Source of the DNA: Neocallimastix sp. 'constans'
Taxonomy: Eukaryota
Length of the DNA stretch: 64,000 bases
NCBI GenBank assembly: GCA_050613775.1
Contig: JBODTK010000104.1
Span: 434,001 to 498,000, forward strand
Reading direction: 5' to 3'
Shown here: positions 45,315 to 62,515 of the stretch, piece by piece
Layout of the letters: the number at the start of each line of letters is the position of its first letter
How positions within the stretch are numbered: position 1 is the stretch's first letter
Position numbers and translations under genes: made by a program
The notes under the pieces: model-generated
What the model saw: the letters and a program-made list of their open reading frames with translations, nothing else
Database searches by the model: none
Told to the model about the DNA's origin: nothing

Positions 45315-45721
45315 GAAATTATATAATTTAATAACTTTATTTAGTTTAAATTTTATTAATTATTTTTTTTATTAAGATAAGAGAGTCAGGAATTTACAAT
45401 AATATTTCATAATATTAAAAAAAAAAAAAATTAATTAGAAAATGTAATATTAATCTAAATATTTTCAATTTTGATTTTAATATAAAAGTAACATTTTTTT
45501 CCTTCCATTCTAACAGTTTATAAAATATTTAAAAAAAAAGTTTATTTTCTTTTTTTTTTTTATTCCTAAAAAAAAGGGAAATACAATAATATATACAATT
45601 ATTTAAAAAAAAAATAAAAATAAAATAAATTATTTAAAAATAGAATAGATATATATGTTATATTAAAGAGTAATATATATAAAATATAGAAAAAAATAAA
45701 TATAAAAAAAAATAAAAAAAA

Positions 45722-48236
45722 ATGTATAGAAATATTTTACTTGTTTTAGCTTTTATAGCTTTAGCTACTGCAAGAACAGTAAAGTTCTCTCTTGTTGCTT
45801 TCAATGTCAAAAATAGTGTTACTGTTAAAATTGGTAGCACTACTAAAACTTTAACTAAATACAAATCTTACGCTCCTCTCTATCAAGGATCTTTCACAGT
45901 TTCTGATTCAGCTATATCGTAAATATTATTTTTTTTTTAATATAAATAAATTTAGTAAATAGAAAAAATTATGTTTTTTTATATAATCACTAGAGCAAAA
46001 AAAAAATGGATATATAAATATAAAAAATAAATGAATATGTACTTAAAAAAAGTAATATAAAATGAAATAGAGAAAAAAAAAAGAAAATAAAAAAAAAAAG
46101 AAAGTGCACTAATTAGAAATACATATATTTTTATTTTTAATAAAATTTTGAAAATTGTTATTATGAAATAATAATAAAATTTATGTATAATAAATTTTTA
46201 TTGGAAATAGTTATACATACTATGTTGATAATGTTTCAGATGGTATAAGTCGTACTTTAGCTAAGGGTGAAACTACCACTCACAATGAATTCTATGGAAG
46301 AAAATACACTGTTAAATCTTTACCACAATTCCCACAACTCTACAAATGGACCAAATCTGTTGGTAAGGGTGAATTATTTGATGATTCCTACATTCCAACC
46401 ATTCATATCTCTGGTGACAGAAGTGAAACTATGTTTACCACTACTAAACCAAATGCTGCTTACTTAGAAAGAATTGTTTTCATTTTAAAGGATAATGTAT
46501 ATAGCTTCAAAACTGTTGCAGCTTGGCCAAAGAATAAATCTTGGAATAAATTCCAATTCAAAGTACAGTTAAACAAAAATGGTATTGAAGGTCGTTACCT
46601 TTTAAAGTTCCGTGATAACAATGAAGATCCAACTTTTATGCGTCAAGATCTTTATGGTGATATTATGAATGCACTTGGTTACCCAACTATTCAATCTGTT
46701 AAGGCTAGAGTTTATGTTAATGAAAAACCAGTAGGTTACTACATCTTACAAGAAGAAGCTGCCAGTGAATCTTTTGTTCGTTCAGCTTTCCATGGTAGTA
46801 ACGGTAAATATTTAATTACTGATAATAATAAGTTAGGTCATCCACTTGATTGTAGTACTGGTGCCGATTTCTACTACACTGGTAACACTTTCTACGCATT
46901 CAAAGCTTCCAATGACACTCGTTACGATAATTCAAGAGTTAAGAAGCTTTGCAAACAATTTGAAAGCTTAAATGTTAATAATTCTTCTCAAGTTTCTTCA
47001 TTCGATAAAAATTGGTTCGATATTGATACTTTCTTTAAGGCTATTGCTATGCAATATCTTACTGGTCACTGGGATTCTTACTGGTTTTACTCCACAAACT
47101 TTGCAGTTTACGATAACCCAACCGAATCCACTAGTAGTACCTACAAGTTCTACTTTATTTGTCAAGATTGGGATGGTACCTTCGGTTTAAACCTCGGAAT
47201 GCCATACATGCGTTATGAAGATTTCGTTGATCGTTCTTATAAGGACTTTGTTAACATTGAATGGGGTCTTGATGAATATGATGCTCCACACCGTTATGCT
47301 ATTGATAAATTATTATCAAATGCTACCCTCAGAGCTCGTTTTGAAACCATTCTTAAGAACATTGTTAAAAATATTTTCAATCCAAAAGCCATCAGTAAGA
47401 GATTAGATGCTTTAGTTGAACGTCATCGTGAAGAGGTTGCTTGGAATTACGAGACTATTAACAAGCATCCACTTCGTAAGGGTACTGGTACTCAATTAAA
47501 TTGGACTATGGACGATTTTGAAACTAACATTAATACTGCCTCCAGACATGGTGCTGCTTATGGTATTAAGGAATTCGTTTACAGACGTGCTAAGGCTGTA
47601 AGTGATGAATTCGGTTTAAATCTTGACTTAGGTGAAGAAACCTACGGTTCAGATATATCTCGTGATGGTAGATGTGGTGAAGGTCATGGTAAATGTCCAA
47701 ATAATGAATGTTGTTCCGCTTACGGTTACTGTGGTACTGATAGCGATTACTGTAACAACTGCCAAGCCGATTGGGGTTACTGTCCAGGTTCTACTGGTAA
47801 GAAGACTACTAAAAAGACTACCACTACCACTAAAAAAACCACCACTAGTAAGAAGACCACTACCACTAAGAAGACTACTAAGAAGACTACTAAGAAGAGC
47901 ACCACTAAGGCTTCTAGTCCAACCAACATTTCAACTGATGGTACTTGCGGTGCTGGTAAGGGTAGATGTCCATCTGGTCAATGCTGTTCTAAATATGGTT
48001 ACTGTGGTACAAGCACTGCTCACTGTGGTACAGGTTGTCAATCCAGCTTTGGTACCTGTACTACTAGCTCTGGCTCAAAGGGTACTGATTACACCAAGGT
48101 TATTAGTCCAGATGATACCTGTGGTCCAAATAAGGGTAGATGTGCCTCAGGTTGCTGTTCTCAATACGGTTACTGTGGTACAAGCACTGCTCACTGTGGT
48201 ACCGGTTGTCAATCAAAATACGGTATTTGTAATTAA
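45722..48236 (+). CDS. cotH: Secreted CotH-family protein kinase with three C-terminal chitin-binding (CBM18/hevein) domains; ~740 aa, two exons
   Basis: Exons 45722-45918 and 46211-48236 (2223 nt). Signal peptide MYRNILLVLAFIALATA. CotH motifs THNEFYGR, KFRDNNEDPTFMRQ, GYYILQE, HWDSYWFYSTNF, QDWDGTFG. Three CG..G.C...CCS.YGYCG....C domains and a K/T-rich linker. Confidence 0.93.
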
Positions 48237-49672
48237 AAGCAAAAAATAGAAGTAATAAACTAAAGTAAAAAAAAAATTAATAATAATAATAATCATAAAA
48301 AGAATACATAAATATAAAAAAATTAATATTAATATATATATAAAACAAAAACAAACTATTAAAAAAATAAGAAAAGAAGAAAAGATTTTTTATTTTATGA
48401 ATAAAAAAAAAAACTTATCTTTTCGTTATTTTTTTTTTTATTAAAAAAAAAAAGTACTTCCCTCTTTTTTTTTTTTATTTGTAATTTATACACAAAATTA
48501 ATAAAAATAACTCCCTTAAAATTATTAAATTATTATTAAAAATTTTTTTATAAAAAATTATTTCTTTTGTTCTAATTTTTTTTTATTTTAAAAAAAATCA
48601 TTTTTATTTATTTTATTTTATAGCTTATTATAAAAAATAAAATAAAATAAAATATCAATAGAAAATAGTATATATAAAATTAAAAAGATATATACAAAAA
48701 AAGAGGTATATATTTTAATTTATGAAAGTTAATTAAAAAAATATGTATAAAAACATAAAAAATAATTATAGAGTTCTTTTTTTTTTTTTTATAGAATAAA
48801 AAAGAAATATTTTTTTATGAATATATATATATAAAATAAAGATAAAAAAAAGAATAATAATTAAAATAAAATAAATAAATATAAATTTATTTATTTAATT
48901 ATTTATTTTTTGTTCTTTTTATTTTTATTTTTTTTTTAAAAAAAAAATAAAATAAAATTAGATAGAATGAAAGAATAGAATACTAAATAATATATTTAAC
49001 AACAAAGAAATAAAAAACAACAAAAAAAAAAAGACATTATAAATAAAATTAATAATATTTATTTATAATTAATATAACTAAAAAAAAAAAAAAAAAAAAA
49101 GGAATATTAATTATAAAAGTATTTCCTATTCTTTTTTTAATATTGTTATATTATTATTAATATTTTTTTTTTATTTAATTTACTAATTTATTATTAATTT
49201 GTAAATCTTTTATAAAAAAAAAAAATAGTAATAACAATAACTAAGGAAAAAGAGTAAATTGAATAGTATATTATTAATAAAAAAAAAATTTTTATTATAA
49301 AAAAAAAAAAAATTTACTTTTTATACTTTAAATTATTAATATTATTTATTTATTTATTTAAAATACAAATATTATTAAAATAAAAAATAAAAAAAAAAAA
49401 TACAATAGAATAATATACAAATAAAATAAAAAAATATACAAATAAAAAATAAAAATAAATAAAAAATAAAAATAAAAAATAAAAACTTTGAAGGGTCATA
49501 ATTTTAAATTAAATAATTTGTTTAGACTATGGGTGTGGAAAGAAATGTAGAAATGTATCAATAATAATATAATTTATATCATAATAAGTTTTAAGTGGAA
49601 TAGTGTGATTTCATAATTCAAAGTAAAATATATATAAAAAAAAAAAAAAAAAAAAAATCAAATATAATAAAT

Positions 49673-50048
49673 TAATTGACAATATTTTTAAACAAAGTTC
49701 AACTTCGTCGACTGTTCCGTATTTTGTGGGGATTGAGGAGTTTCTAATAAATGTAATACCATTAATTTGTCGATCTTTTAGATTGATGATGAAATGGTAT
49801 TCCATTGAATCTACCGTTACCAAGAGCGTCGACGTCAAATGATAAGGCATGGATTTTCACCTCCCGGTGAAATGACAGATACAGATTCTGTTGATAACAC
49901 TAATACTGAAATTATTACTTACAATAATGGGCGTGGTGTTATTATCGAGGAATAGGAAAAGTCAGAGGTTATTGCTTCTAACGCACTTTTATAATTTTAT
50001 AATATATAATATTTTATTTCATGTATTTTATTATTTTTTTTCTCTAAG

Positions 50049-50080
<32 letters not shown>
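49673..50080 (+). mobile_element. Short 5'-truncated LINE (3' end plus poly-A)
   Basis: TVPYFVGIEEFLINVIPLI is homologous to TVPYIVGLAEYLANTIPII at ~53178. Poly-A at 50052-50080; TSD ATAATAAAT at 49664-49672 and 50081-50089. Confidence 0.7.
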
Positions 50081-50083
<3 letters not shown>

Positions 50084-50102
50084 ATAAATAAAATCTTTTA
50101 AT

Positions 50103-52194
50103 TAAAAATGATAATAAAGAAACTTACCTTGCTTTTCTAGATTTAAAAAAGGCATATGATTCTGTTCCAATAGGTAATATATTATATAAATTAGATGCTT
50201 CAGGTATTAGAGGTAAATGTAATCAATTTATAAAAAATTTATATTTGACTTCCAAAGCCAGTGTTAAAATTGATGATCAATATTCGGAATCTTTTAATAT
50301 TATGAAAGGAGTTAGACAAGGTTGTCCACTATCATCAATTCTTTTCAATCTATTTATTAATGACATCTTTAATGATTTTTCAGAACTTGGAATTCCTTTA
50401 GGCAAATCTAGATGTTGTGGTGGACTCTTTGTAGATGATATTGTTCTATGCGCACCGTCAAAAACTAAGTTAAAAAAAAATACTTAATAAGGTAAATGAA
50501 TGGGCTAAATTTAATATGATGAATTTTGGAATTAACAAGTGTGCAAATGGTGATTCGACCCGACACACCTCTTTTCAAAATAAAAGAGATCCTACTTTTC
50601 ATCTTGCTGGTCAACCAATCCCAATAACTAAATGTTATATCTATTTAGGTATACCATTTGATAAAAGCTTATCGTTGAACCCTATTATTAAATTACTTAA
50701 TTCTAAAGTTACTAAAGTTCTCTTTTCTGTTAGTAAATTTCTTTCAAATTCCAAAATTCCTATTCCGTTTAAGAAGATTATAATTAACTCTTATGTACTT
50801 AGTAAAGTCTCTTACTTTGCACCTTTACTTGGTTCAAATAAAGGGAGAACAAATAATACTCAGAAATTAATTAATAAAGGATTAAGATGGATTGCAGGTA
50901 TACAAAAAGCCAAATCATTTATTAATGTATATTCTATTTCAAAAGATTTAAATATTCCTCCATTGTCAGTTAAGTGTGCTTTGTCTCAATTCAAATGTTT
51001 TGATAAATGGAAAGATTCAAATTGTATTATTTCCTATTTAGTTAATAATATTCCAAAATCTAGAAAATATACATGGACGAAAGAAAGTAGAACTCTTAAA
51101 CGTAAACTAGAGAAAAGAGGTAATAACGATAATAAAATCAAGGATTTTTATTGGAATAGAGATATGAAAATCAATTCTATTAAAGCTGAGTTTTATGACA
51201 AAAACAAATTCGAAGAAACATCAAAATTTATAAAACTTTGTTATGAATATCCTGATCTTTCATATGGTTTCTATTGGCTATTGAGAGCACGAAGCGGATA
51301 TAGATTAGATGCTAGAATTGCTAAAGCTGCAAAAATAATAGATCAAATGTGTCCTAATTTTTGTCCCTGTTGTAAAAGTAATAAACAATGGATAAGGCAT
51401 TGGTTAATTGATTGTCCATTTTTCAATCAAATTCGTAGTAAAGTTAATGATAAAATTTTATTTTTATATAATGCTTTTAACCGTGGCAACCAAACAAATG
51501 ATATTGTTAATAGTAATAATGATAATAGCAACAGTAATAATTGTAATAGTAATAATAGTAATAGTAATAATAGTAATAATAATATTAGTAATAGTATTAT
51601 TAGTAATGTAAATAATAATATTGAAAATAATATATATGTTGATTCTAGTGTGTGTGAAAAAGTGTTTAATTTCCTTCTTGGAGGAAGAAGTATTAATAAC
51701 AGTACAAGGGAATGGAAGGATCTATTTAAGTCCCAGATGAAATCAGGTGCTTATTCTGAAACTCCATTCTTGGTTGGTTACTGCGGCTCTTCTCCAACCG
51801 ATTATACCTATTGCTATTGGCCAGCAATGATCTTTGTTCCATAGGTTCAAATCGAATCGTACTACTTCTACTAAGAGCGTCAATGCTGAAGAAACAGTAT
51901 GAAAGGCCAGCAGGGCTAGCGCAACCAATGAAGATCATTATTTTGTATCTTAAAATTATGATTAACATTGCGAAGTCAAAATTAATTATTATACTTCAGT
52001 ATAGTAATGCCCTTGTGAAGTCTTACAGATATTAATTAAATGAAACTAGAATATATTATACCATTATTTTATTTTATTTTGTGTTTTATTTTTTGTTTAT
52101 TTTTTATTTTTTTTTTCTTTTTATTACATGTATTTTATCAAATATTTAATTAATAAAGATGAAACAAGTTTTCTGCCATAAAAAAAAAAAAAAA
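50103..52194 (+). mobile_element. 5'-truncated LINE: RT C-terminal half plus CCHC zinc knuckle, frameshifted
   Basis: FLDLKKAYDSV, GVRQGCPLS, LFVDD, YLGIPF and CPCC...HWLIDC. 3' end CTGCCAT then poly-A from 52180; TSD AAAATCTTTTAAT at 50090-50102 and 52195-52207. Confidence 0.92.
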
Positions 52195-52286
52195 AAAATC
52201 TTTTAATGTATTAAAAATTTTTTATATAAATAATAACATAATAATGGTTATATAAATAAATATACCAATTACCTATATCTATATCT

Positions 52287-53731
52287 TCCTTGTAATCCAA
52301 ATACCTGGAATATAAATGATCCTATTTCTCTCTATGATTTAAGAAATACGGTATTTTCTATAAAGCATAACAAAGCTCCTGGATCTGATGGTATTCCTAT
52401 TAAATTTTATAAAGCTTTCTTTTGTAATCATGATCTAGAAGAAAAATTTTCCTTCTGCTGGTAAGTGCCTTAAGATTATTTTTAACAAAATTTTGGAAGG
52501 TTCTTTTCCTAATGAATGGAACTCTGCATCTATTGTTTCTATTCCAAAGAAAGGCGATCTTTCTAATTGTAATAATTATAGAAGTATCTCTCTTATCAAT
52601 GTCGGTTTTAAAATTCTTACAAAAATAGTCACAGATAGAATCTCTAAATATGCTTTTAAACATAATTTTATTAGACCTGAACAGTTTGGTTTTCGCAATC
52701 ATGAAGAATATATTAACCTCTACATTTCAATTAGAGAAATTTGTCAAAGAAGAAAATTTAAAGGAAAATTCACATATGTAACTTTTCTTGATCTTAAGAT
52801 TAAGAGCTGGTTACATATATAATACAACTATTGCAATAAGAAGTGGTAGAGTTACTGACGACTGTCCTAATTTCTGCCTTTGTTGTGGAAAAGGTGAACA
52901 ATCTTTTATCCATTGAATATTTAAATGCTCTACCTTTTCTTTATGTCGATGTAAATTTTTGGATTTTATCGATAATTTATTCATTATATTTGCCAATAAA
53001 GTAAGGAATCTTTCCTTACTTCCTTCTTATTTTAATATTTTAGAATATGAAAATTTCATAAACAGGTATATTTATACACTCCTTCTTGGGGGAATTTCAG
53101 CTTTAGATGTGCTACAATTCGATACTGGGGAACAGAGACATTTAAGTGAACAACTCCTAAAAAAGTTCATAGGGGTCTACTGTTCCGTATATTGTGGGGC
53201 TTGCGGAATATCTTGCTAATACAATACCAATCATCAGTAGCTCTCTTGAGTTACTTCTTGAGAGGTTTTAGCAAAAACACTTTCATTACCAAAGGAATAA
53301 TGCAGTTAGAAGTCCTGTTAATTCTCATCAATACACATTAACTAACAGCGCAGTTCCGAACACAGAACCTATGGTAAGTAATTCAACTTCTGATGATCTT
53401 TCTTGTGGTACAGGGGAGAGTTTAGTGGATACCACACTATCTGTTTTAAAGATGTTACTTTTTTGTTTTATTATTTTGGATTTAACTGGAGATCATGTTA
53501 CTACTCGTAGTATACATCATATTGAATTTTTTTTTAACTTTTGAACTTATTTTTTATTCTATATTTCATTAAATTTTCTTTGATTAATTAAAATTTGTTA
53601 TTTCTTAACTTTTTATTATTTTTTATTTTACTTAATCTTTTTTTATTTATTTATTTATTAAAATTAAAAATGTTCATGTAATTAATAAATAAAGATTAAA
53701 GTTAGCAATAAATTCGGCCATAAAAAAAAAA
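52287..53731 (+). mobile_element. 5'-truncated, internally deleted LINE
   Basis: KAPGSDGIP, WNSASIVSIPKKGDLSNCNNYRSISLIN, QFGFR and FLDLK, then a jump at ~52795 to LRAGY...CPNFCLCC...H*IFKC. 3' end CGGCCAT plus an A tract. Confidence 0.88.
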
Positions 53732-54017
53732 TAAAATAAAATAAAACCTTGAAGATAATATTTTTAAATTAAATAATTTGTTTATACTATGTATGTGGAA
53801 GTATATTCAAAATTAATAATAATATAATTTATATCATATTTAGTTTTGAGTGGGATATCTTAATTTAAAGTAAAACATTAAAAAAAAAAAAAAAATAAAT
53901 AAATAAATAACCAAATAAAATCATCAAATGAAGTAAATAAAATCTTTTAATGTATCAAAAATTTTTTATATAAATAATAACATAATAATGGTATATAAAT
54001 AAATATACCAATTACCT

Positions 54018-54048
<31 letters not shown>

Positions 54049-54066
54049 ATATTTTTTTTTATTCAT

Positions 54067-54106
<40 letters not shown>

Positions 54107-55077
54107 ATTATTATTTTCTCTCTCTCCTATTGAATGTGACGTTTTCTTTTTAGTTTTTATTGAAAGAAATTGTCAAGATTTGAGGGTATATTTATATTTA
54201 TATACATATATATATTAAATCATGAAAAGTAAATGCAAAAACAAAAATTGAAAAAACCAAAAACAAAAAACCAAAAACAAAAAGCCAAAAACAAAAACAA
54301 AAAGTAAAAAAAAAAAGATTTTTTTTCTAGTATCTTAATTATTGAAATTTTTTTTCTTTCTTTTTTCTTTTTTTTTTTTTTTTTTTTTTTTTAATTTTTA
54401 TTTTATTTTTATTTTATTTTTATTTTATCTTTAATTTGTTTTTATTTCATTTTCTTTCTTATTTTCTTTTTGTTTTTTTTCTTTGTTGTTTCTTTGCAAA
54501 TATCACCTCTGCTTTCTTTTTAGCCCATTTTCTTCTTCTTATTATTATAATATTTCAAATATTATCTTTAACTTTTTCTTTCAGTCTTTCTCTCTCTTTT
54601 ATTTTTCCTTTTTTTTTTTTTTTTTTTTTTTTCACCATCTTTATAAAGTTATTTACATGTAACTATCATTAGATCATTACTATCAATAAAATTTTAAAAT
54701 ATTATTTATCAAAATAAAAATAATAATAGAAATATTAATTATTTTCTATATATATATTCTTATGTATTACAAATACATATATATATTAATATTTAACTAA
54801 AAAAAATTGAGTATATGTTTTATTTATTGATTTAGTTGTAATTTAATTATTTAAAAATAACTAAAATTAATAATTAAACATACATTAATATACCTATTTT
54901 ATAAAACATATTCATACATATGTTAAGTATATTAATATAAAACTATTCTTATTATAAATAGGCAAATATATATATCTTATATAGATATTCCATGCGATAT
55001 TTTAATATAATAAAGTATATTCATATCAATCTGTATGAATATTTATTATTTTATTATTTATTTATTTATTTAATTAA

Positions 55078-55113
<36 letters not shown>

Positions 55114-55588
55114 CTAGCGATATGTATATATATCATGGAATAGTTTACAGTTCAGATTGAATAATTAAAAAGTATTTAATATTTTTAAAATAATATATAT
55201 GGTATGATAATAATAATATATCTTATGAGTATTAAATATGTGTATTGAAATTCCTATAAGTATCGATAGAGTTAACATTAAATAATTAATTATTTATAAA
55301 GCTATCAAGTATATGAAATTCATTATTTTATATTCATTATTTTATATTAATCATTAAATTTAATTTAATTTTTTTTTTCTCTTGAGTTATATATATATAT
55401 ATATAAAATAAATAACAAAAGATACTGATATTGATGTATTTGAAATATTTTATATTTATTTTTTTTTTTTTTTGTTTTCTCTTCTTATTATTCATTCTTT
55501 AAAAAAAATAAAAATAAAAAATAAAACAGCTCTCATGTCAATCATTTAAAAAATTAATTACCATTACATATATATATATACATTTTTT

Positions 55589-56272
55589 TTATAAAGGTTC
55601 TAGTAAAATATATATTAAATATATTGTAGCAGTAATAACTACAGCATTCCATTGAATATTATTTGATTCATTAAAACCATTAATACATATAGATTCTATT
55701 TTATTTATTTCATCACGTGTTAGATTATAATAGATGGTATTATTTTCAATAGATAAATTTTCATATATTAATTTATATTTTGATAATGCAATATTTCCAC
55801 ATTCACCACAATAAAACTTATTCATCTCTTCAAAATCTTCCTTTTCTAAAGCAGTGATATATTTATCATAGCACCATTCCTCTCCTACTTTATCACACGC
55901 AAAACTAAACGCTATCCCAATTTTTTTAAAAGGTGTGTAAAAAGCTAAATTAATAATATTTTCACTAAACATATTAAATTTTTCCTGAAAATCTTTATAT
56001 ATTTCACTGATACAATGATCATGCGTTTTCATGATCGAACTTTTACATTTACCATTATCACTACATTGATTAGCCGAAGTGCTGACGAGAAGCATCGTAG
56101 CACATTCACTCAAATCTGAAATATTACATTTGATATCATCATCATGACGAGTAAGTTCTTTATCCTCTTTATTTCCATGATTTTCATATTCATTTATATA
56201 TTCTGCTTTGATACTCTCTATAACAAAAATAAAATTGACTACAGTAATAATAAAAAGTAGTTTAAAATTCAT
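55589..56272 (-). CDS. 227-aa secreted Cys-rich protein, probably GPI-anchored or with a C-terminal TM
   Basis: Intronless ORF; N-terminal signal MNFKLLFIITVVNFIFVIESIKA; 10 Cys including CGEC; hydrophobic tail AVVITATIYLIYILL. Confidence 0.78.
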   Translation of the reverse strand: MNFKLLFIITVVNFIFVIESIKAEYINEYENHGNKEDKELTRHDDDIKCNISDLSECATMLLVSTSANQCSDNGKCKSSIMKTHDHCISEIYKDFQEKFNMFSENIINLAFYTPFKKIGIAFSFACDKVGEEWCYDKYITALEKEDFEEMNKFYCGECGNIALSKYKLIYENLSIENNTIYYNLTRDEINKIESICINGFNESNNIQWNAVVITATIYLIYILLEPL

Positions 56273-57404
56273 ACTTTCTAAAATAATAATAATAATAATA
56301 ATGATATATAAATATATATTATCGTTATATTGTTATATGACTCATTTAATTAGATAATTAAATAAATAAGTAAATATAAAAAATTAAAAATGAAAACAAA
56401 TACAAAAATAAAAAAAAATAAAATAAAAAAAAAATAAAAGTGTTTAAAAAGATAATAAACTATAATACTTAATAATATTTTTTAGTTTTTATTTTTATTT
56501 TTTATTTTTTATTTTTTATTTTTTATTTTTTTTTAAACTTAATATATCTTTTCTTTTTTTAATTAATTTATTTTATTATATATACATATATATAAAAATT
56601 TATATTAATAATCATTTTTATTATTATTATTATTACTATTATTATTATTATTATTATTTTAATATTTATAATAGAAGAAAAAAAAAGTTATAAATGATTT
56701 GTTTAAGCGAACTTTCTTAATATTTCTATCTATCGAAATGAATTTTTTTTTTTTTTTTTTTTTTAATAATTTAATGTTTCTATATATAATACAATTTAAT
56801 AGTTTAAAATAACTTCTTTCTTACAATAATATGATATATGAAAAGTTTAATAATCTTAATATTATATATATACAATATATTAATAAAATATAAGATTAGA
56901 TTATTAGGTTTAATTTTTTTTTTTTTTTTTTTTTTTTATTTATATTTGCTTTCAATAATAATAATTTAGTTATTAATGCTATTTTTTATTTCATTTTTAA
57001 TTTTTAGGTAATAATAATTTAATTGTTATAAAATTTATATTTAATAAGAAATAGCAGACAACAAACCTAAAAAAATTATATAAAAAATAATACTATCAAA
57101 TTGTTTGATAGATTAATAATACTTTATCACCAATATTTATTAATTAAAATATAGATAGTTATTTTAATTCTTTATATAGATATATATATATGTATAGAGA
57201 ATTTATTTCTATTAAATATATTCCTATTAATATTTATATATATGGAATAAGGTATATCATTTTTAAAAATATTAGTAAAGATAGAATATTGATTATAATT
57301 AATAAAAAATTATTAATAGTATTTTTTTTTTTTTTTTGTTTTTCTTTTTTACTTTTTGATACTTATTCTAATTTATGATGATTAAATAAAGTAAAAATTT
57401 TTAA

Positions 57405-57441
<37 letters not shown>

Positions 57442-58725
57442 TCATGTTTAATTCATATATGTATTAATTGGCATCTAATTTAATCTTTTATTCAATAATA
57501 AATCTTCCCTTCTTCAAATTTTAACTTTTACTATTTATAATTATTCATCTTTTTATTTAAATTTTTGAAAATTAAAAATAATATATATATATATATATGT
57601 TAAATAAAATTTTTATATTTTTATATTTTAATATTTTAACATCTTAATATCTTAAGATTTTAATTATTTTTTTATTTTATTACTTAATATTTTATTAATC
57701 CTTCCCCTCATAAATATTTATAAAATAAAATAAAATAGAAATAATAATAATAATAATAATAAAAATATTAATAATAATAATAATAAAAATAATAATAAAA
57801 ATAATAATAATAAATAAATGCTAAGTAATATTTATTCGAAAAATATATCAAATATTAAAAAAAATTAATAAAAATTAAAAATAAAAAGAAGGAAAAATTA
57901 AAAAATTAAAATAATAAATTATATTTATTATTATTGTTAGATTCGTTTATTACTTTCTATTTATTCATTTATTATATAATTATTTATTAATATTTATTAA
58001 TTATTTAATATTCATTATTTATTATTTATTATTTATTATTTATTATTTATTTATTTATTATTCATTTTATTATTATTTATTATTTATTATTTATTATTTA
58101 TTTATTTATTATTATTATTTATTATTATTATTAATTATTTATTATTTATTATTATTTATTATTTATTATTTATTATTTATTATTTATTATTTATTATTTA
58201 TTATTTATTATTTATTATTTATTATTTATTATTTAAAAATTTAATATATATTATTCCATTTTATTATTACCTTTTTTTTTTAATAATTAGTTTACAGTGT
58301 ATATAAAAATAAATTATTTGCTTATTTATTTAGTTATTTATAAATTAAACATTATTTTAATTTAAATTATATATTATTTATTTATTATTTATAAATTAAA
58401 CATTTTTTTTAAATTCCATATACCTTTATTTATTTTATTTTATTTTATTTTTTTTGACACTATACCAATTTTATATATATCTATATATATATATATATAG
58501 ATTTTTTTTTTTATTTAAATTTTTATGAATATATACCAATTTTCCATATATATCTTTTTTATGAATATATACCAATTTCTATATTTTAAATTTTAAAATT
58601 TAAAAATTTTTTTAAAGAAATTACATTTCATTTAATTTCAAATTATATATATATATTATTTTATTTTTTATTTTTTATTTTATTATTATTTTTTTTTATT
58701 GAATTTCATATGAAATAAATTAAAG

Positions 58726-62056
<3,331 letters not shown>

Positions 62057-62099
62057 TTTTTGTTTTTTTATTTTCTATATTTTTTAAGAAAGATAGAAA

Positions 62100-62140
<41 letters not shown>

Positions 62141-62478
62141 AAAATAAAAATAAAAATAAAATAAAATAAAATTATTAATAATAACTCGGAAACTACTAAT
62201 TAATAAAATAGAAAATAATAATAATAATAATAGTAATAATAATAGTTATAATAATAGTAATACTAAAAGTTCTAATTACTGAAATAGAAAAAGGAATAAT
62301 TATAATAATAATAATAACTATAAAGTTATGTATATATTTAATTGTAAATAAAAATAAATGAAATTATTACTTTATATAATATATTTATATATTTATATTT
62401 TTTAATTTATTCAAAAAAATTTAAATTTGGTTTTTATTTTGAAAATAAAAAATATATAAAATGAAAAAAATAAAAGTA

Positions 62479-62515
<37 letters not shown>

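Noticed and set aside
46267..48249. Overlapping ORFs 46267, 46972, 47215 and 47632
   Set aside because: Alternative-frame shadows of the codon-biased CotH gene.
51408..52996. Small sense and antisense ORFs within the LINEs
   Set aside because: Shadow frames or frameshifted pieces of retroelement ORFs.
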